64,000 nucleotides of DNA from an uncultured Chloroflexia bacterium (GTDB lineage: Bacteria; Chloroflexota; Anaerolineae; CG2-30-64-16). The notes below the pieces were generated by a model. That model did no database searches and had not been told where the DNA came from. It saw only the letters and a list, made by a program, of their open reading frames with translations. Location of the stretch: contig CAWEMM010000012.1 of NCBI GenBank assembly GCA_963810095.1, positions 32,001 to 96,000 of the forward strand, in the 5' to 3' direction. The translations under genes and the position numbers were made by a program. How positions within the stretch are numbered: the stretch's first letter is position 1; the number at the start of each line of letters is the position of its first letter. Below are positions 51,240-60,902 of this stretch, piece after piece.

Positions 51240-51943
51240 CGGGCATCTCCGGTGAAGCGGTATCCCACGCCGTAGACTGTCTGGATGTACACCGGGTCTT
51301 CGGCATCACGCTCGATCTTTCGGCGCAAGTTGCGGATGTGGGTGTCGAGCGCCCGGCCCAGCCCTTCGTACGCATACCCAAGTGCCTTCTCGAGCAGTTC
51401 GTCACGGGCCAAGGTGTAGCCCGGATTGCTCATGAACGCCTCCAGCAGGTTGAACTCGGTACGGGTGAGTTCGACGGGCCGGCCGTCGACCAGGAGCAGA
51501 TGTTGGTCGAGGTCGAGCCGCAAGTCGCCAGACGCGAGGATGCGCGGGGCCGCGATGGGCAGCCGGTCGAGGCGGGTGCGCCGCAGCAGCGCGCTGACCC
51601 GCGCGACGACCTCACGCGCATTGAACGGCTTGGTAATGTAGTCGTCCGCGCCCAACTCGAGGCCTACAATCTTGTCAGTGTCTTCGACCCGGGCGGTCAG
51701 CATGATGATCGGCACGGCCGCAAGGACCGGGTCTGCGCGCACCACCCGCGTGACGTCCCAGCCATCGCGGCCGGGCATCATCAGGTCCAGCACCACGAGG
51801 TCGGGCTGGTCGTGCCGCAGCACGTGCAGCGCGGTCTCGCCATCGCCTGCGGTCAGAACCTGGTAGCCCGCTTGCTCCAGGTAACCGCGCAACACCTTGA
51901 TGATGGAACGGTCGTCGTCGACCACAAGCACTCGTGAAGGCAT
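51236..51943 (-). CDS. OmpR-family response regulator
   Basis: VVDDD, LDLMMP, GADDYITKPF, TVYGVGY. Confidence 0.92.
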   Translation of the reverse strand: MPSRVLVVDDDRSIIKVLRGYLEQAGYQVLTAGDGETALHVLRHDQPDLVVLDLMMPGRDGWDVTRVVRADPVLAAVPIIMLTARVEDTDKIVGLELGADDYITKPFNAREVVARVSALLRRTRLDRLPIAAPRILASGDLRLDLDQHLLLVDGRPVELTRTEFNLLEAFMSNPGYTLARDELLEKALGYAYEGLGRALDTHIRNLRRKIERDAEDPVYIQTVYGVGYRFTGDAR

Positions 51944-52203
51944 TGTCTCTCCTGATCGTCCTGTTCGTCTCGCAGCATCCTAGCACGAAATTCTCAAGAC
52001 ATTGTCAAGCAACGTTAGCCGGGAAGCCGGTCCTGCGAATCCTCAGAATCTATGCAGCCGAGCTTGAGATTCTCTTGAGAATTGCGGCGCAGAATGACAA
52101 GCATCAAGGACGATGCCGGCAGGCGCTTGTCCGCCGGCGTTCGCCCTGGCGCTCGTCCATCGCAAGGTGCGATCGTTGGATTCAATCAAACAGGAGAAGC
52201 ATC

Positions 52204-53289
52204 ATGTTCAATTCTAACGGATCACTCGGTCACCGGCTCGTTGTCCTCGTTAGTGTATTGCTCATAGGAGGCCTGCTCATGTCCGGATGCGCCACATCGA
52301 CTCCCGCGCCGGCCGCCGCGCCAGGTTCTGCATCTCAGCCGGCTGCCACCGCGGCACCCGCAGCCACCGCCGCCCCTGTGCCCGCGGCCACCGCTGCGGC
52401 CACCGCTGCGGCCGGCGGCGTCATGCCCCAGGGCAAGGGGCCAGCGGGCGGCATGACGCAGGTGCAGGCGACCCCCGCGTACAAGGATCTCGCCTACGCA
52501 AATGCCTCGCCGACTCAGACGCTCGACATCTACGTGCCTGAAGGCAGCGGTCCGTTCCCGGTCGTCGTCGACATCCACGGCGGCGGCTTCATGATGGGCG
52601 ACAAGGGGATGGCCGCGCTAACCGACCAACTCCTGGCAGCGGGATACGCGGTTGCCAGCATCAACTACCGGCTGAGCGGCGAGGCGTTGGCCCCCGCACA
52701 GATCCAGGATGCGAAGGCTGCAGTCCGCTTTCTCCGGGCAAACGCCGCGCAGTACAAGCTGGACCCCGACCGCATTGCAGCATTCGGCCAATCGGCCGGC
52801 GGTAACCTGGCAGCGCTGCTCGGCACTTCGTGCGGGGTAGACGCGGTCGAAGGCGCGGAGCTGGGCAACACGGGCGTGTCGAGCTGTGTGCAGGCGGTCG
52901 TCGACTGGTTCGGGCCCACCGACTTTCTGCAGATGGACACGCAGTTCGCAGGCACCTCGTGCCCCACGACGCACGACGCCGCAGACTCGCCCGAATCTAA
53001 GCTGGTCGGTGCGCCCATCCAGACCGTACCCGACAAGGTCAAGGTGATGAACCCGATGACGTACGTCGACGGGAACGAACCGCCCTTCCTGATCCAGCGC
53101 GGCTCGGCCGACTGCAACGTGCCGCCTCAGCAGAGCCAACTCTTGTACGATGCGTTGGCGGCCAAGAACGGGCAGGACAAGGCGACGATCACGCTGCTCG
53201 AAGGCGCGGGTCACGGTGGAGCGCAGTTCGAGACGGCAGAGAACGTGAAGCTGGTGGTTGACTTCCTCAATCAGGCGCTGGCCAAGTAG
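52204..53289 (+). CDS. Alpha/beta-hydrolase lipoprotein (esterase/lipase, HSL-like)
   Basis: Lipobox MSGC; HGGGF, GQSAG, D.NVP, GAGHG; divergent from the TCS with CTTGAGA 11-bp repeats at 52063 and 52074. Confidence 0.88.
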   Translation: MFNSNGSLGHRLVVLVSVLLIGGLLMSGCATSTPAPAAAPGSASQPAATAAPAATAAPVPAATAAATAAAGGVMPQGKGPAGGMTQVQATPAYKDLAYANASPTQTLDIYVPEGSGPFPVVVDIHGGGFMMGDKGMAALTDQLLAAGYAVASINYRLSGEALAPAQIQDAKAAVRFLRANAAQYKLDPDRIAAFGQSAGGNLAALLGTSCGVDAVEGAELGNTGVSSCVQAVVDWFGPTDFLQMDTQFAGTSCPTTHDAADSPESKLVGAPIQTVPDKVKVMNPMTYVDGNEPPFLIQRGSADCNVPPQQSQLLYDALAAKNGQDKATITLLEGAGHGGAQFETAENVKLVVDFLNQALAK

Positions 53290-53315
53290 CGACTGCTTCT
53301 GCCGCAACAATGGGT

Positions 53316-53351
53316 GCGCCCCGACGTCTGGTCAGACGCCGGGGCGCTTTT
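53316..53351 (+). terminator. Intrinsic terminator
   Basis: GCGCCCCGACGTCTG-gt-CAGACGCCGGGGCGC-TTTT. Confidence 0.7.
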
Positions 53352-53394
53352 CGTGTGCCAAAGGATTCGCGAGTCCGGGATCGATCGCGACCGG

Positions 53395-54687
53395 TCAGCG
53401 TTTTTCGGCGTTGGGTTCCAGGTAAGGGATGGTCTGCGGGCCCTCGGGCAGCACGCAGATCGTGGCGCCTGGCCCGTAGCGCCGAAGCAGCTCGGTCACG
53501 GTGTCTTCGATGCGGGCCGAGTACTTGAGCAGCGCGGCTTCGATCTCATCCTTGCTCAGGAAATCCGTCCGCACGTACACGTCGGCCTTGAGCTGGATCT
53601 GCGCCTGGATCTGCGCCTGCCACTGGTCCTGCTTCAGGAACCCGGGCCGGCAGATCGTCTGCAGCAACTCGGCCGGGCTCGACGCGCCGCGCAGCAGTTC
53701 TCCGTACAGCCCGTGCTCGGGCAGGCCGTCCGAGCACTCCGCCGCGACGACGATCGCGCCGTCGTCCTTCACGACCAGTGCGGCCGCGCTCATCCCCTTC
53801 ACTGCCTGGTACAGGCTCTGGTCGAGCGGATAGCCGGAGTTGGTCGTGATCACGATATCGAAGGGCCGAGCGACGGGGATCATGGCAGTGCCCCTGACGA
53901 ACGCGCACCCCGCCGCATGTGCCTGCTCGAGCTCGCCGGCAAAGACGCCCGTGATGCGCCTGTCACGGTTGAGGCTGACGTTGAGCAGGAAGAGCCGGCC
54001 TGCCGAGCGCGCCACCTCCAAGATTTCCGCCAGGATCGGGTTTCCCTCCGTGACGCCCCATGTCGCATTGGGGTGCCGGATCATGTTCGCGTCGTGGTTG
54101 CCCAGCACGGTGCGCTGCCCGGCCATCCCCGGCATGATCGCCTTGCCGCCCCCCGAGAAGCCGGCAAACAGGTGCGGCTCGATGAAGCCCGTAAGCACCT
54201 TCAGGTCGCACTCAAGCAGCTCGCGATTGATCCAGATCTCGTGGCCAAAAGTGGAAACGCCGGTGCACGCCTGGGTGGCGGGGCTAAAAGCGTCGTTCTG
54301 CACAATGCGATAGTCGCGCACCAGCTCTTCGCCCAGCAGCCCGATCAGCTCGGCTTCAGTCGTGAAACGGTGCGTGCCGAGCGCCTCGAACAGGGTGATG
54401 TCGTCACGACGGACGCCCGCCGCCCGCAGCGTGTGCAGCACCTGGGGCAAGATGACCTCGTTGGGCGTCGCCCGGGTGATGTCGCTGAAGACGACCCCGA
54501 CACGCATCCCGGGCCGTACCTGCTGAGCCAGCGGCGCCGCGCCAAGGGGCTGCGCCAGGGCGGCCGCAATGGCCGCTCGCTCGTCGGGCAGGCCGGGCAC
54601 AAACAGCGGCTCGACCACGGTAACGTTCGCGTCGTCGGGCAGCTCGAGGGGCAGGCCCGAGCGGCCATAGGCAAGGGTTAGCTGCAT
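53395..54687 (-). CDS. larA: Nickel-pincer-dependent lactate racemase family protein
   Basis: SDITRATP, ALGTHR, IEPHLFAGFSGGGKAIMPG, GYPLDQSLYQAVKG; substrate not certain. Confidence 0.85.
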   Translation of the reverse strand: MQLTLAYGRSGLPLELPDDANVTVVEPLFVPGLPDERAAIAAALAQPLGAAPLAQQVRPGMRVGVVFSDITRATPNEVILPQVLHTLRAAGVRRDDITLFEALGTHRFTTEAELIGLLGEELVRDYRIVQNDAFSPATQACTGVSTFGHEIWINRELLECDLKVLTGFIEPHLFAGFSGGGKAIMPGMAGQRTVLGNHDANMIRHPNATWGVTEGNPILAEILEVARSAGRLFLLNVSLNRDRRITGVFAGELEQAHAAGCAFVRGTAMIPVARPFDIVITTNSGYPLDQSLYQAVKGMSAAALVVKDDGAIVVAAECSDGLPEHGLYGELLRGASSPAELLQTICRPGFLKQDQWQAQIQAQIQLKADVYVRTDFLSKDEIEAALLKYSARIEDTVTELLRRYGPGATICVLPEGPQTIPYLEPNAEKR

Positions 54688-55491
54688 GTGAGGTTCCCCA
54701 GGCGCAAGATGGCTTCGAGCACGCCACCGGCAATAGCAAAAGACTTGTCAGAGATCAGGTAGCAGTGTTCGGGCGCCGCCCGCGGGTCGACGTCGCCGAT
54801 CTTCTCGCCTGCATGCACCCGAGCGCCGGGACGCACGAGGCCGCGCAGCACGCCTGACGTCCCTGCACGCACCTCGTGCCCGTCGACGACCGCCACGACC
54901 TGCCCGGCCGCGACCCGGTCGCCGATCGCCGCCCGGCCGTATACCTCGCCCGGCACCGGTGCGCGCAGGATTCGCTCGTCGGTTTTGCCCCCAATGCTGC
55001 CCGGCCGCCCGGTGTCGGGCTCGGCCGCGCCTTCGGTGATCACCCGACCCAGGCAGTGCCCGCGGTTGGTCTCGACGACCGCGTGACAGTCGCGACTGGC
55101 CGTGAACCCGGGCCCAAGTGCAATAACCAGCGGTGCGAGAGCGAGCGAGGTGCCTGTGTTGCGCTTGGCCATGATCGCGTCGACCAGCACGGCGGGCTGC
55201 AGCGCGGCCAGGTTGGCGCCCGCAGGATCGACCAGAACGGGAATTACGCCGCGCTTCAATCGCCAGGCGTGCTGCGGCCGCGTCCTCGACCCGCCGGGCC
55301 GCGATGCCCTCGACCCGCACCTCGCCTTCATAAACGGCCTCGCCGAACGCTACGGTGCGGCGTACCATCAGCGGATGGGGCAGCTCGGTCATGGCGACCG
55401 GAAAACCACAGCGATGCAACCGGGCCGCGACGCCGGTCGCGAGGTCGCCGGCGCCCTTGATCAGGACCAGGGTGTTATTGAAGTTGCTCAT
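54678..55491 (-). CDS. yqeB: Selenium-dependent molybdenum hydroxylase system protein, YqeB family (frameshift near 55260)
   Basis: IKGAGDLATGVA.RL, VRRTVAF, VDAIMAKRN.GT, ALGPGF, ETNRGH.LGR, KIGDVDPR, ISDK..AIAGGVLEA. Confidence 0.88.
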
Positions 55492-55541
55492 CGAGGGTCA
55501 TTTTATGCCAGGAATGGGCACAACAGAAAAAGCTCTGCGCC

Positions 55542-56264
55542 CTATGGAGCCTCCCCCGCCCTTGGCGGTTCCGTACCGGGCGCGGGCTGCATCACCTTCT
55601 TCTCCCCCGCCACGGGCGCCGAGTAACACTGGTGGACGAAGATGATCAGCAGCACCCAGGGCAACGTCACCGCGAACGCGGCCAGCACGTCGCTGGGGTA
55701 ATGCACCTCGAGGTAATTCCGGCTCAGGCCAACGAGGACGATCCAGAAGCCTGCCGCCGAATAGATGGGAATGCGCCATTTAGGCGCGACGCGGCGGGCG
55801 AGCAGGTACGCCAGCACGGCATAGAACGCCAGCGCGGCCTGGCTGTGGCCGCTCGGAAAACTGTAGCCGCCGACGTTTTGCAAATGTGGGAAGAGGCTGG
55901 GCCGCGAACGCTCGAAGATCTGCTTGACGATCTGATTGAGGATGGCGACCCCCACCACGGAAACCACGAGCGCGATCCAGTCCTGCCGGTGGTTGCGCCA
56001 CCACAGCACGCCCAGCAGCAGGAGCACCGGCCCAAGCACCAGGGGCGTCGCCGAGTCGGACACGAGGAGCATGAAACGGGTGACACCCGGCGACGCTGCA
56101 CGCGCCAGCGAGGTCAGCACCGCCTGGTCGAAGCCAAAAGCCTGCTTCTCCACGATTTCACGGGCCAGCCCCACGAAGACTGCCAGCCCTAGCGTGGCCA
56201 GCAAAAGACCGATAATCAGCGGCCTGTTCCACTTGATACAGCCGCGCAAGCGCCAGTTCGCCAT
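55542..56264 (-). CDS. PAP2 family phosphatase
   Basis: KQIFERSRP, SFPSGHS, SRNYLEVHYPSDV. Confidence 0.9.
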   Translation of the reverse strand: MANWRLRGCIKWNRPLIIGLLLATLGLAVFVGLAREIVEKQAFGFDQAVLTSLARAASPGVTRFMLLVSDSATPLVLGPVLLLLGVLWWRNHRQDWIALVVSVVGVAILNQIVKQIFERSRPSLFPHLQNVGGYSFPSGHSQAALAFYAVLAYLLARRVAPKWRIPIYSAAGFWIVLVGLSRNYLEVHYPSDVLAAFAVTLPWVLLIIFVHQCYSAPVAGEKKVMQPAPGTEPPRAGEAP

Positions 56265-56358
56265 CCGTGCCATTACAACCTCGTTCGCCCCTGATCCTCA
56301 ACACACCATCTCAACTGGCTCAGTTTGCGCCGCCGGGAACGACCCGTCTATGAGCTAC

Positions 56359-56408
56359 TTTACATGATTCGCACCGCGCCTTCACATCTTCTGCACATCC
56401 TTGCGCAA
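56359..56408 (+). promoter_or_regulatory. 11-bp-periodic (TT)CACA repeats upstream of the response regulator
   Basis: TTTACA (56359), CGCACC (56370), TTCACA (56381), TGCACA (56392). Confidence 0.5.
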
Positions 56409-56529
56409 CACTCAAGCGTGGGGAATAATGGTTGCCGTAGCCAACACTGAGCTGCAGCACGTTGACACGAAGGAGCGCACTTGGTGCATCCCTGAGTGCC
56501 GTTCTACTGGCTAGCCCCGCGGAGAAGAG

Positions 56530-57219
56530 ATGTCACCCAAGATTCTGGTCGTAGACGACGAAGCGAAGATCGTCAAACTGGTCCGCTCATACCTCGAGCA
56601 GAGCGGGTTCGCGGTGGTGGAAGCGGGCGACGGGCAGACGGCCCTCATCCAGGCCCGCCGCGAGAAGCCCGACCTGGTCGTGCTCGACCTGGGTCTGCCG
56701 GGCTTCGACGGCCTGGAGGTGGCGCGGGTGCTCCGCCGGGAAGGCAACACTCCCATCATTATGCTTACCGCCCGCATCGAGGACACGGACAAGATTGTCG
56801 GGCTCGAACTGGGCGCGGACGACTACGTGACCAAGCCGTTCAATCCGCGCGAGCTGGTCGCGCGGGTCAAAGCCGTTCTTCGCAGGGCAGGCGCCGCGGC
56901 CGAGCCCGCGGCGGCACGCCTGAGCGCGGGCCCATTGGGGCTCGATCTGGCAGGACATGCGGCTACGGTCGACGGGCGCACGCTCGACCTCACACCAACC
57001 GAGTTCGAGCTCCTGGCCGTCTTTCTCCAGAACCCCGGCCGTGCGTTCAGCCGGCTCGAGCTGCTCGACCGCGTGCAAGGCGACGCATACGAAGGCTACG
57101 AGCGGACGATCGACGCGCACGTCAAGAACCTGCGGGCGAAGCTGGGCGACGATCCCCGGAAGCCGCGTTTCATCCAGACGGTCTTTGGCGTAGGCTACAA
57201 GCTGGGGTCCGACCTGTGA
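56530..57219 (+). CDS. OmpR-family response regulator
   Basis: VVDDE, LDLGLP, GADDYVTKPF, ERTIDAHVKNLR, TVFGVGY. Confidence 0.92.
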   Translation: MSPKILVVDDEAKIVKLVRSYLEQSGFAVVEAGDGQTALIQARREKPDLVVLDLGLPGFDGLEVARVLRREGNTPIIMLTARIEDTDKIVGLELGADDYVTKPFNPRELVARVKAVLRRAGAAAEPAAARLSAGPLGLDLAGHAATVDGRTLDLTPTEFELLAVFLQNPGRAFSRLELLDRVQGDAYEGYERTIDAHVKNLRAKLGDDPRKPRFIQTVFGVGYKLGSDL

Positions 57220-58604
57220 ACCGCCTGTGGGTCAAGCTGACCGCCGCATTTCTGGGGGTGTCGCTGGCCGCGATCGGCCTGGTTGCTGTGATCTCCGTCC
57301 GGGCCACCGACGCTTCGTTCCGGCAGTACGTGGTTGCCTCGGGCATGGGCAACCAGGTCTTGGCGGCCGAAACGCTGGCCGAATACTACATGTCAAACGG
57401 CAGTTGGCGCGGGGTCGAGCAAGTCCTGGAGCAGCTGGGGCCGGGGGGCATGGGCGCTATGATGGGGATGGGCCGCGGGATCGGGGCGGGGGGCCCGAAC
57501 CTTGCGGTGGCAGATCCGGGCGGCCGTGTGCTTGCCAGTCGCACCGGCGAGCTCGTCGGCGAGGTGATGCCGCCTGCGGTGCTGGCCCAGGGCGTCCCGA
57601 TCGTGTCACGGGGCCAAGACGTCGGCACCCTGCTGAACGTGCGCCCTGCATCGGCCGTGCTCGATCCGCAAGCCGAGACTTTCCTAAGCCGCGTACGTAT
57701 GTCGCTTGTGTGGGCCGCCCTCGGCGCGGTGGTCCTGTCGCTGGTCCTCGGGGTGCTCTTGAGCCGGCTGTTGACCGCGCCGCTCGCCCGGCTCACCGGC
57801 GCAGCCCAAGCCATCGCGGGCGGTGACTTATCGCAGCGGGTGGCCGTCCGCTCGGGCGACGAGATCGGCGAGCTCGGCAAAGCATTCAACGAGATGGCCG
57901 AGAGCCTGGACCGGGCTGAAGACCTGCGCAAGAACCTGATCGCCGACATCTCGCACGAGCTCCGCACACCCCTCACGGTCGTCCAGGGCGACCTGCAAGC
58001 CATTCTTGACGGCGTCTACCCGCTCGAGATGGCGCAGGTGTCCAGCCTGTTCGAAGAGACCCGCCTTCTGACGCGGCTGGTCGACGACCTGCACGACCTG
58101 GCGCTGGCCGACGCGGGCCAGCTGCGGATCGAGCGGCTGCCGGTGGACGTGGCCGAGCTGGCGCGGGCCGCGGTGAGCCAGTTCGCGCCCCTGGCCGAGG
58201 CGGCCGCGATCCGCCTCTCCTTCGAGGCACACGGCAGTGCGCCGGTGGATGGCGACGCGGACCGAATATCGCAAGTCCTGCGCAACCTCCTGAGCAACGC
58301 ACTGCGCCACACGCCCGCGGGCGGCCAAGTGACCGTGCGGGTGCGCGCGACGGGCAGCCAGGTCAGAGTGCAAATCGCAGACACCGGCTCGGGCATTTCC
58401 CCCGAAGACCTGCCGCATGTCTTCGACCGGTTCTACCGCGGCGATCGGAGCCGCTCGCGGCAAGGCGGCGGTGCCGGCCTCGGCCTCGCCATCGCGCGCC
58501 AGCTTGTGGCGGCCCACGGGGGCCAGATCAGCGTGGACAGCGAGGCAGGGGTCGGCACTGCGTTCACGGTCGAGTTGCCCCAACTGGCCGAAACTGGGGC
58601 GTGA
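57216..58604 (+). CDS. BaeS-like sensor histidine kinase with a Gly/Met-rich extracytoplasmic loop
   Basis: GTGA overlap; GMGAMMGMGRG loop; HAMP, DISHELRTPL, GAGLGLAI. Confidence 0.92.
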   Translation: MNRLWVKLTAAFLGVSLAAIGLVAVISVRATDASFRQYVVASGMGNQVLAAETLAEYYMSNGSWRGVEQVLEQLGPGGMGAMMGMGRGIGAGGPNLAVADPGGRVLASRTGELVGEVMPPAVLAQGVPIVSRGQDVGTLLNVRPASAVLDPQAETFLSRVRMSLVWAALGAVVLSLVLGVLLSRLLTAPLARLTGAAQAIAGGDLSQRVAVRSGDEIGELGKAFNEMAESLDRAEDLRKNLIADISHELRTPLTVVQGDLQAILDGVYPLEMAQVSSLFEETRLLTRLVDDLHDLALADAGQLRIERLPVDVAELARAAVSQFAPLAEAAAIRLSFEAHGSAPVDGDADRISQVLRNLLSNALRHTPAGGQVTVRVRATGSQVRVQIADTGSGISPEDLPHVFDRFYRGDRSRSRQGGGAGLGLAIARQLVAAHGGQISVDSEAGVGTAFTVELPQLAETGA

Positions 58605-58676
58605 AGTCTGTCACCTTTCGAGCCCTGGCTGCATCAGAAGTCTGAAACGCGAACGCATGAATGCTGGGAGGCTGCG

Positions 58677-59102
58677 ATGGGTACACAAGTGACGGATGCG
58701 ACAACCGAAAGCGCGCTTGGACGGACAGTCCTGCTGCACGCGGAATTCAACACAGCGCTGGAGCGGGTGACGCAGGCGTTGAAGGTCGAAGGTTTTGGCA
58801 TTCTGACCGAGATCGACGTCAAGGAAACGCTGAAGAAGAAGCTGGACGTGGATTTTCGCCCGTACAAGATTCTCGGCGCGTGCAACCCACCGCTCGCGTA
58901 CCGGGCGCTGTCTGTCGCGCCCGAAGTCGGCCTGCTGCTGCCGTGTAATGTGACGGTATCCTACGTCGAAGACGACCTCACCCAGGTGTCGCTGGTCGAT
59001 CCGATCGCGATGCTGGGCGTCGTCCAGTACGCCGAGCTCGAACCCGTGGCTGCCGACGCGGCCGCCCGCCTGGACCGTGTCGCTGCTGCGCTCCGGGCAT
59101 AG
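58677..59102 (+). CDS. DUF302 family protein
   Basis: GFGILTEIDV..TLKKKL, ILGACNP, GLLLPCNV. Confidence 0.88.
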   Translation: MGTQVTDATTESALGRTVLLHAEFNTALERVTQALKVEGFGILTEIDVKETLKKKLDVDFRPYKILGACNPPLAYRALSVAPEVGLLLPCNVTVSYVEDDLTQVSLVDPIAMLGVVQYAELEPVAADAAARLDRVAAALRA

Positions 59103-59128
59103 ACCGAGCGCCAGGCGAAAATGATCTC

Positions 59129-59169
59129 GCCGGTCTCGTACGCCGGCTAAGCTGGCGTACGAGACCGGC
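59129..59169. terminator. Long stem-loop after DUF302
   Basis: GCCGGTCTCGTACGCCGGC-taa-GCTGGCGTACGAGACCGGC. Confidence 0.6.
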
Positions 59170-59230
59170 CCGCGGACATTTTCACGCTGCGACTCGTTTA
59201 AGTGCAACCAGGAGAATTCGCGAGTCGCGT

Positions 59231-59335
59231 CCTTCGACTGCGGCAGCCGCTGCGCTGGCGCCTCCGCTCAGGATGCTGCGAGCGCAAGGCATCCTGAGCG
59301 GAGGAGCGTCAGGAGCGGCGGAGCGAAGTCGAAGG
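59231..59335. repeat. REP-like nested palindrome
   Basis: CCTTCGACT...CCTCCGCTCAGGATGC / GCATCCTGAGCGGAGG...AGTCGAAGG. Confidence 0.7.
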
Positions 59336-59409
59336 GCGATGGCATCAGCAGATTCACTTTGTTGACTTAGAACACCCCTGACACTGAATATTGCGGAGGA
59401 AAAAGACCG

Positions 59410-59619
59410 ATGCCCCTGTACGAATTCCAGTGCACCGACTGCAAGGACGAATTCGAGGAGTTGGTGCGTTCGTCGGCTGCCGTTGCCGAAGTCAAGTGCC
59501 CCCACTGCGGCGGGCAGCACGTCAAGCGAAAAGTCTCGCTGTTTGCGTCGAAGGGTGGCGCCACGAGCATGTCGCTCGGCCCTGCCCCGGCTTCCTCGTG
59601 TTCCACCGGGGGCACCTGA
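59410..59619 (+). CDS. FmdB family zinc-ribbon protein
   Basis: MPLYEFQCTDC...CPHCG; GGAGG RBS. Confidence 0.88.
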   Translation: MPLYEFQCTDCKDEFEELVRSSAAVAEVKCPHCGGQHVKRKVSLFASKGGATSMSLGPAPASSCSTGGT

Positions 59620-59661
59620 GGGCTGCGCTGACCAGGCCGGCCGTGCGCCGGCAAACAAAAT

Positions 59662-59714
59662 AAAACCCCCGCTTCTGCTGCCAGCGTGCTGGCGAGAAGC
59701 CGGGGTTTTGTTTT
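59662..59714. terminator. Bidirectional intrinsic terminator
   Basis: AAAACCCC.GCTTCT..GCCAGC-gt-GCTGGC.AGAAGC.GGGGTTTT between convergent genes. Confidence 0.75.
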
Positions 59715-60114
59715 ACGCCACGACCTTCGTGCTGACCGTCATGTGCGGCGGGTTCTCGATGTGCTTCTTCACTGCGCACTGCTCGGCAGACCGGATCACG
59801 GCCTCCTTGTACTTCTCGGGGAACGACGGCGGCAGCTGGATCTCGAGTTCAATCTTCGAGACCATGCGGGTCGCCGGATCGCTCTCCATCCGCTGAACCA
59901 GGCGGATCCCCTCGGTGGGCAGCCCCCGCTGGCGGCAGAAGCCCAGAACGTAAATCCCGGCGCAGGTGCCCAGCGAGGCCAGGAACAGCGAGAACGGTGC
60001 GGGCGCGGCGCCCTGCCCACCCGCATACGGTGGCTGGTCGGTGACGACGGTGAACTCGCCAAAGTGAGCGTCGACGCGCGCCCCGCCCGGGAAGTCGATA
60101 ACCATTTCGTTCAT
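59713..60114 (-). CDS. OsmC family protein
   Basis: TDQP..GG...AP.PF.LFLASLGTCAG, AEQCAVKKH (both Cys present). Confidence 0.85.
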   Translation of the reverse strand: MNEMVIDFPGGARVDAHFGEFTVVTDQPPYAGGQGAAPAPFSLFLASLGTCAGIYVLGFCRQRGLPTEGIRLVQRMESDPATRMVSKIELEIQLPPSFPEKYKEAVIRSAEQCAVKKHIENPPHMTVSTKVVA

Positions 60115-60197
60115 GAGGGTCTCCTTGAAGGGATGATTTGATTGCCAACACGGGGTGAGATGCGCGCAAGTTCAGAACGTTACAGATGGCCGTTGTT

Positions 60198-60251
60198 CGC
60201 ACCGGACACCCACATCTCGTTCACAGGTCCTTCACAACCCGGCGGTATGCT
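60198..60251 (+). promoter_or_regulatory. 11-bp-periodic TTCACA repeats plus -10 TATGCT
   Basis: CGCACC (60198), CCCACA (60209), TTCACA (60220, 60231), TATGCT (60246). Confidence 0.6.
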
Positions 60252-60301
60252 GTAACCAGCCAACCGAAATGGTTGTGCCACCCAAGACAGAGAGGTTTCA
60301 T

Positions 60302-60850
60302 ATGAAGCGTATCACGGTAATCACCCTTCTTGCAGTCGTGCTCGCCACGCTGCTCGCCTCCACCGCTCTCGCGGCCGGCCCCGTGGGCGGTCGCCTGGCC
60401 CAGGGCACGACTCCGACGACGGGCGCGTGCCCCATGGGCGGAACGGGTATGGCCGGACGCCCTGACTGGGCCGGTCAGCCCGACCAGGTTGCAACGCTGC
60501 TCGGCATGACCGAGGCCCAGATCCAGGCCGAGCGCCAGGCCGGCAAGTCGCTGGCGCAGATCGCCGCGAGCAAGAACGTGTCGGAAGACAAGCTGATCGA
60601 GACGATCCTCGGCGCCAAGAAGACCCTGATTCAGCAGGCCGTGACGGATGGCAAGCTGACCCAGGCGCAGGCCGACACCATGCTGCAGAACATGCAGAGC
60701 ATGGTCAAGACGATGGTCGAGCGCAGCACGACCGGGCCCGCGAGCGGCCGGGGCATGATGGGCGGCCAGGGCACCATGGGCGGTCGCGGCGGCATGGGCG
60801 GCCGGGGCATGATGCGGGGCCAGGGAACGACCCTGGGCAACAACTTCTAG
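60302..60850 (+). CDS. Secreted Gly/Met-rich helical protein
   Basis: Signal peptide ending ALA; LLGMT....GKSLAQIA, GKLTQAQAD; GRGMMGG tail. Confidence 0.75.
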   Translation: MKRITVITLLAVVLATLLASTALAAGPVGGRLAQGTTPTTGACPMGGTGMAGRPDWAGQPDQVATLLGMTEAQIQAERQAGKSLAQIAASKNVSEDKLIETILGAKKTLIQQAVTDGKLTQAQADTMLQNMQSMVKTMVERSTTGPASGRGMMGGQGTMGGRGGMGGRGMMRGQGTTLGNNF

Positions 60851-60870
60851 CCGCAGCGGCTGGAACAAAG

Positions 60871-60899
60871 AAGCGGGCGGAGGTGACTCCGCCCGCTTT
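60871..60899. terminator. Terminator hairpin between convergent genes
   Basis: AAGCGGGCGGAG-gtga-CTCCGCCCGCTTT. Confidence 0.75.
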
Positions 60900-60902
60900 A
60901 GT

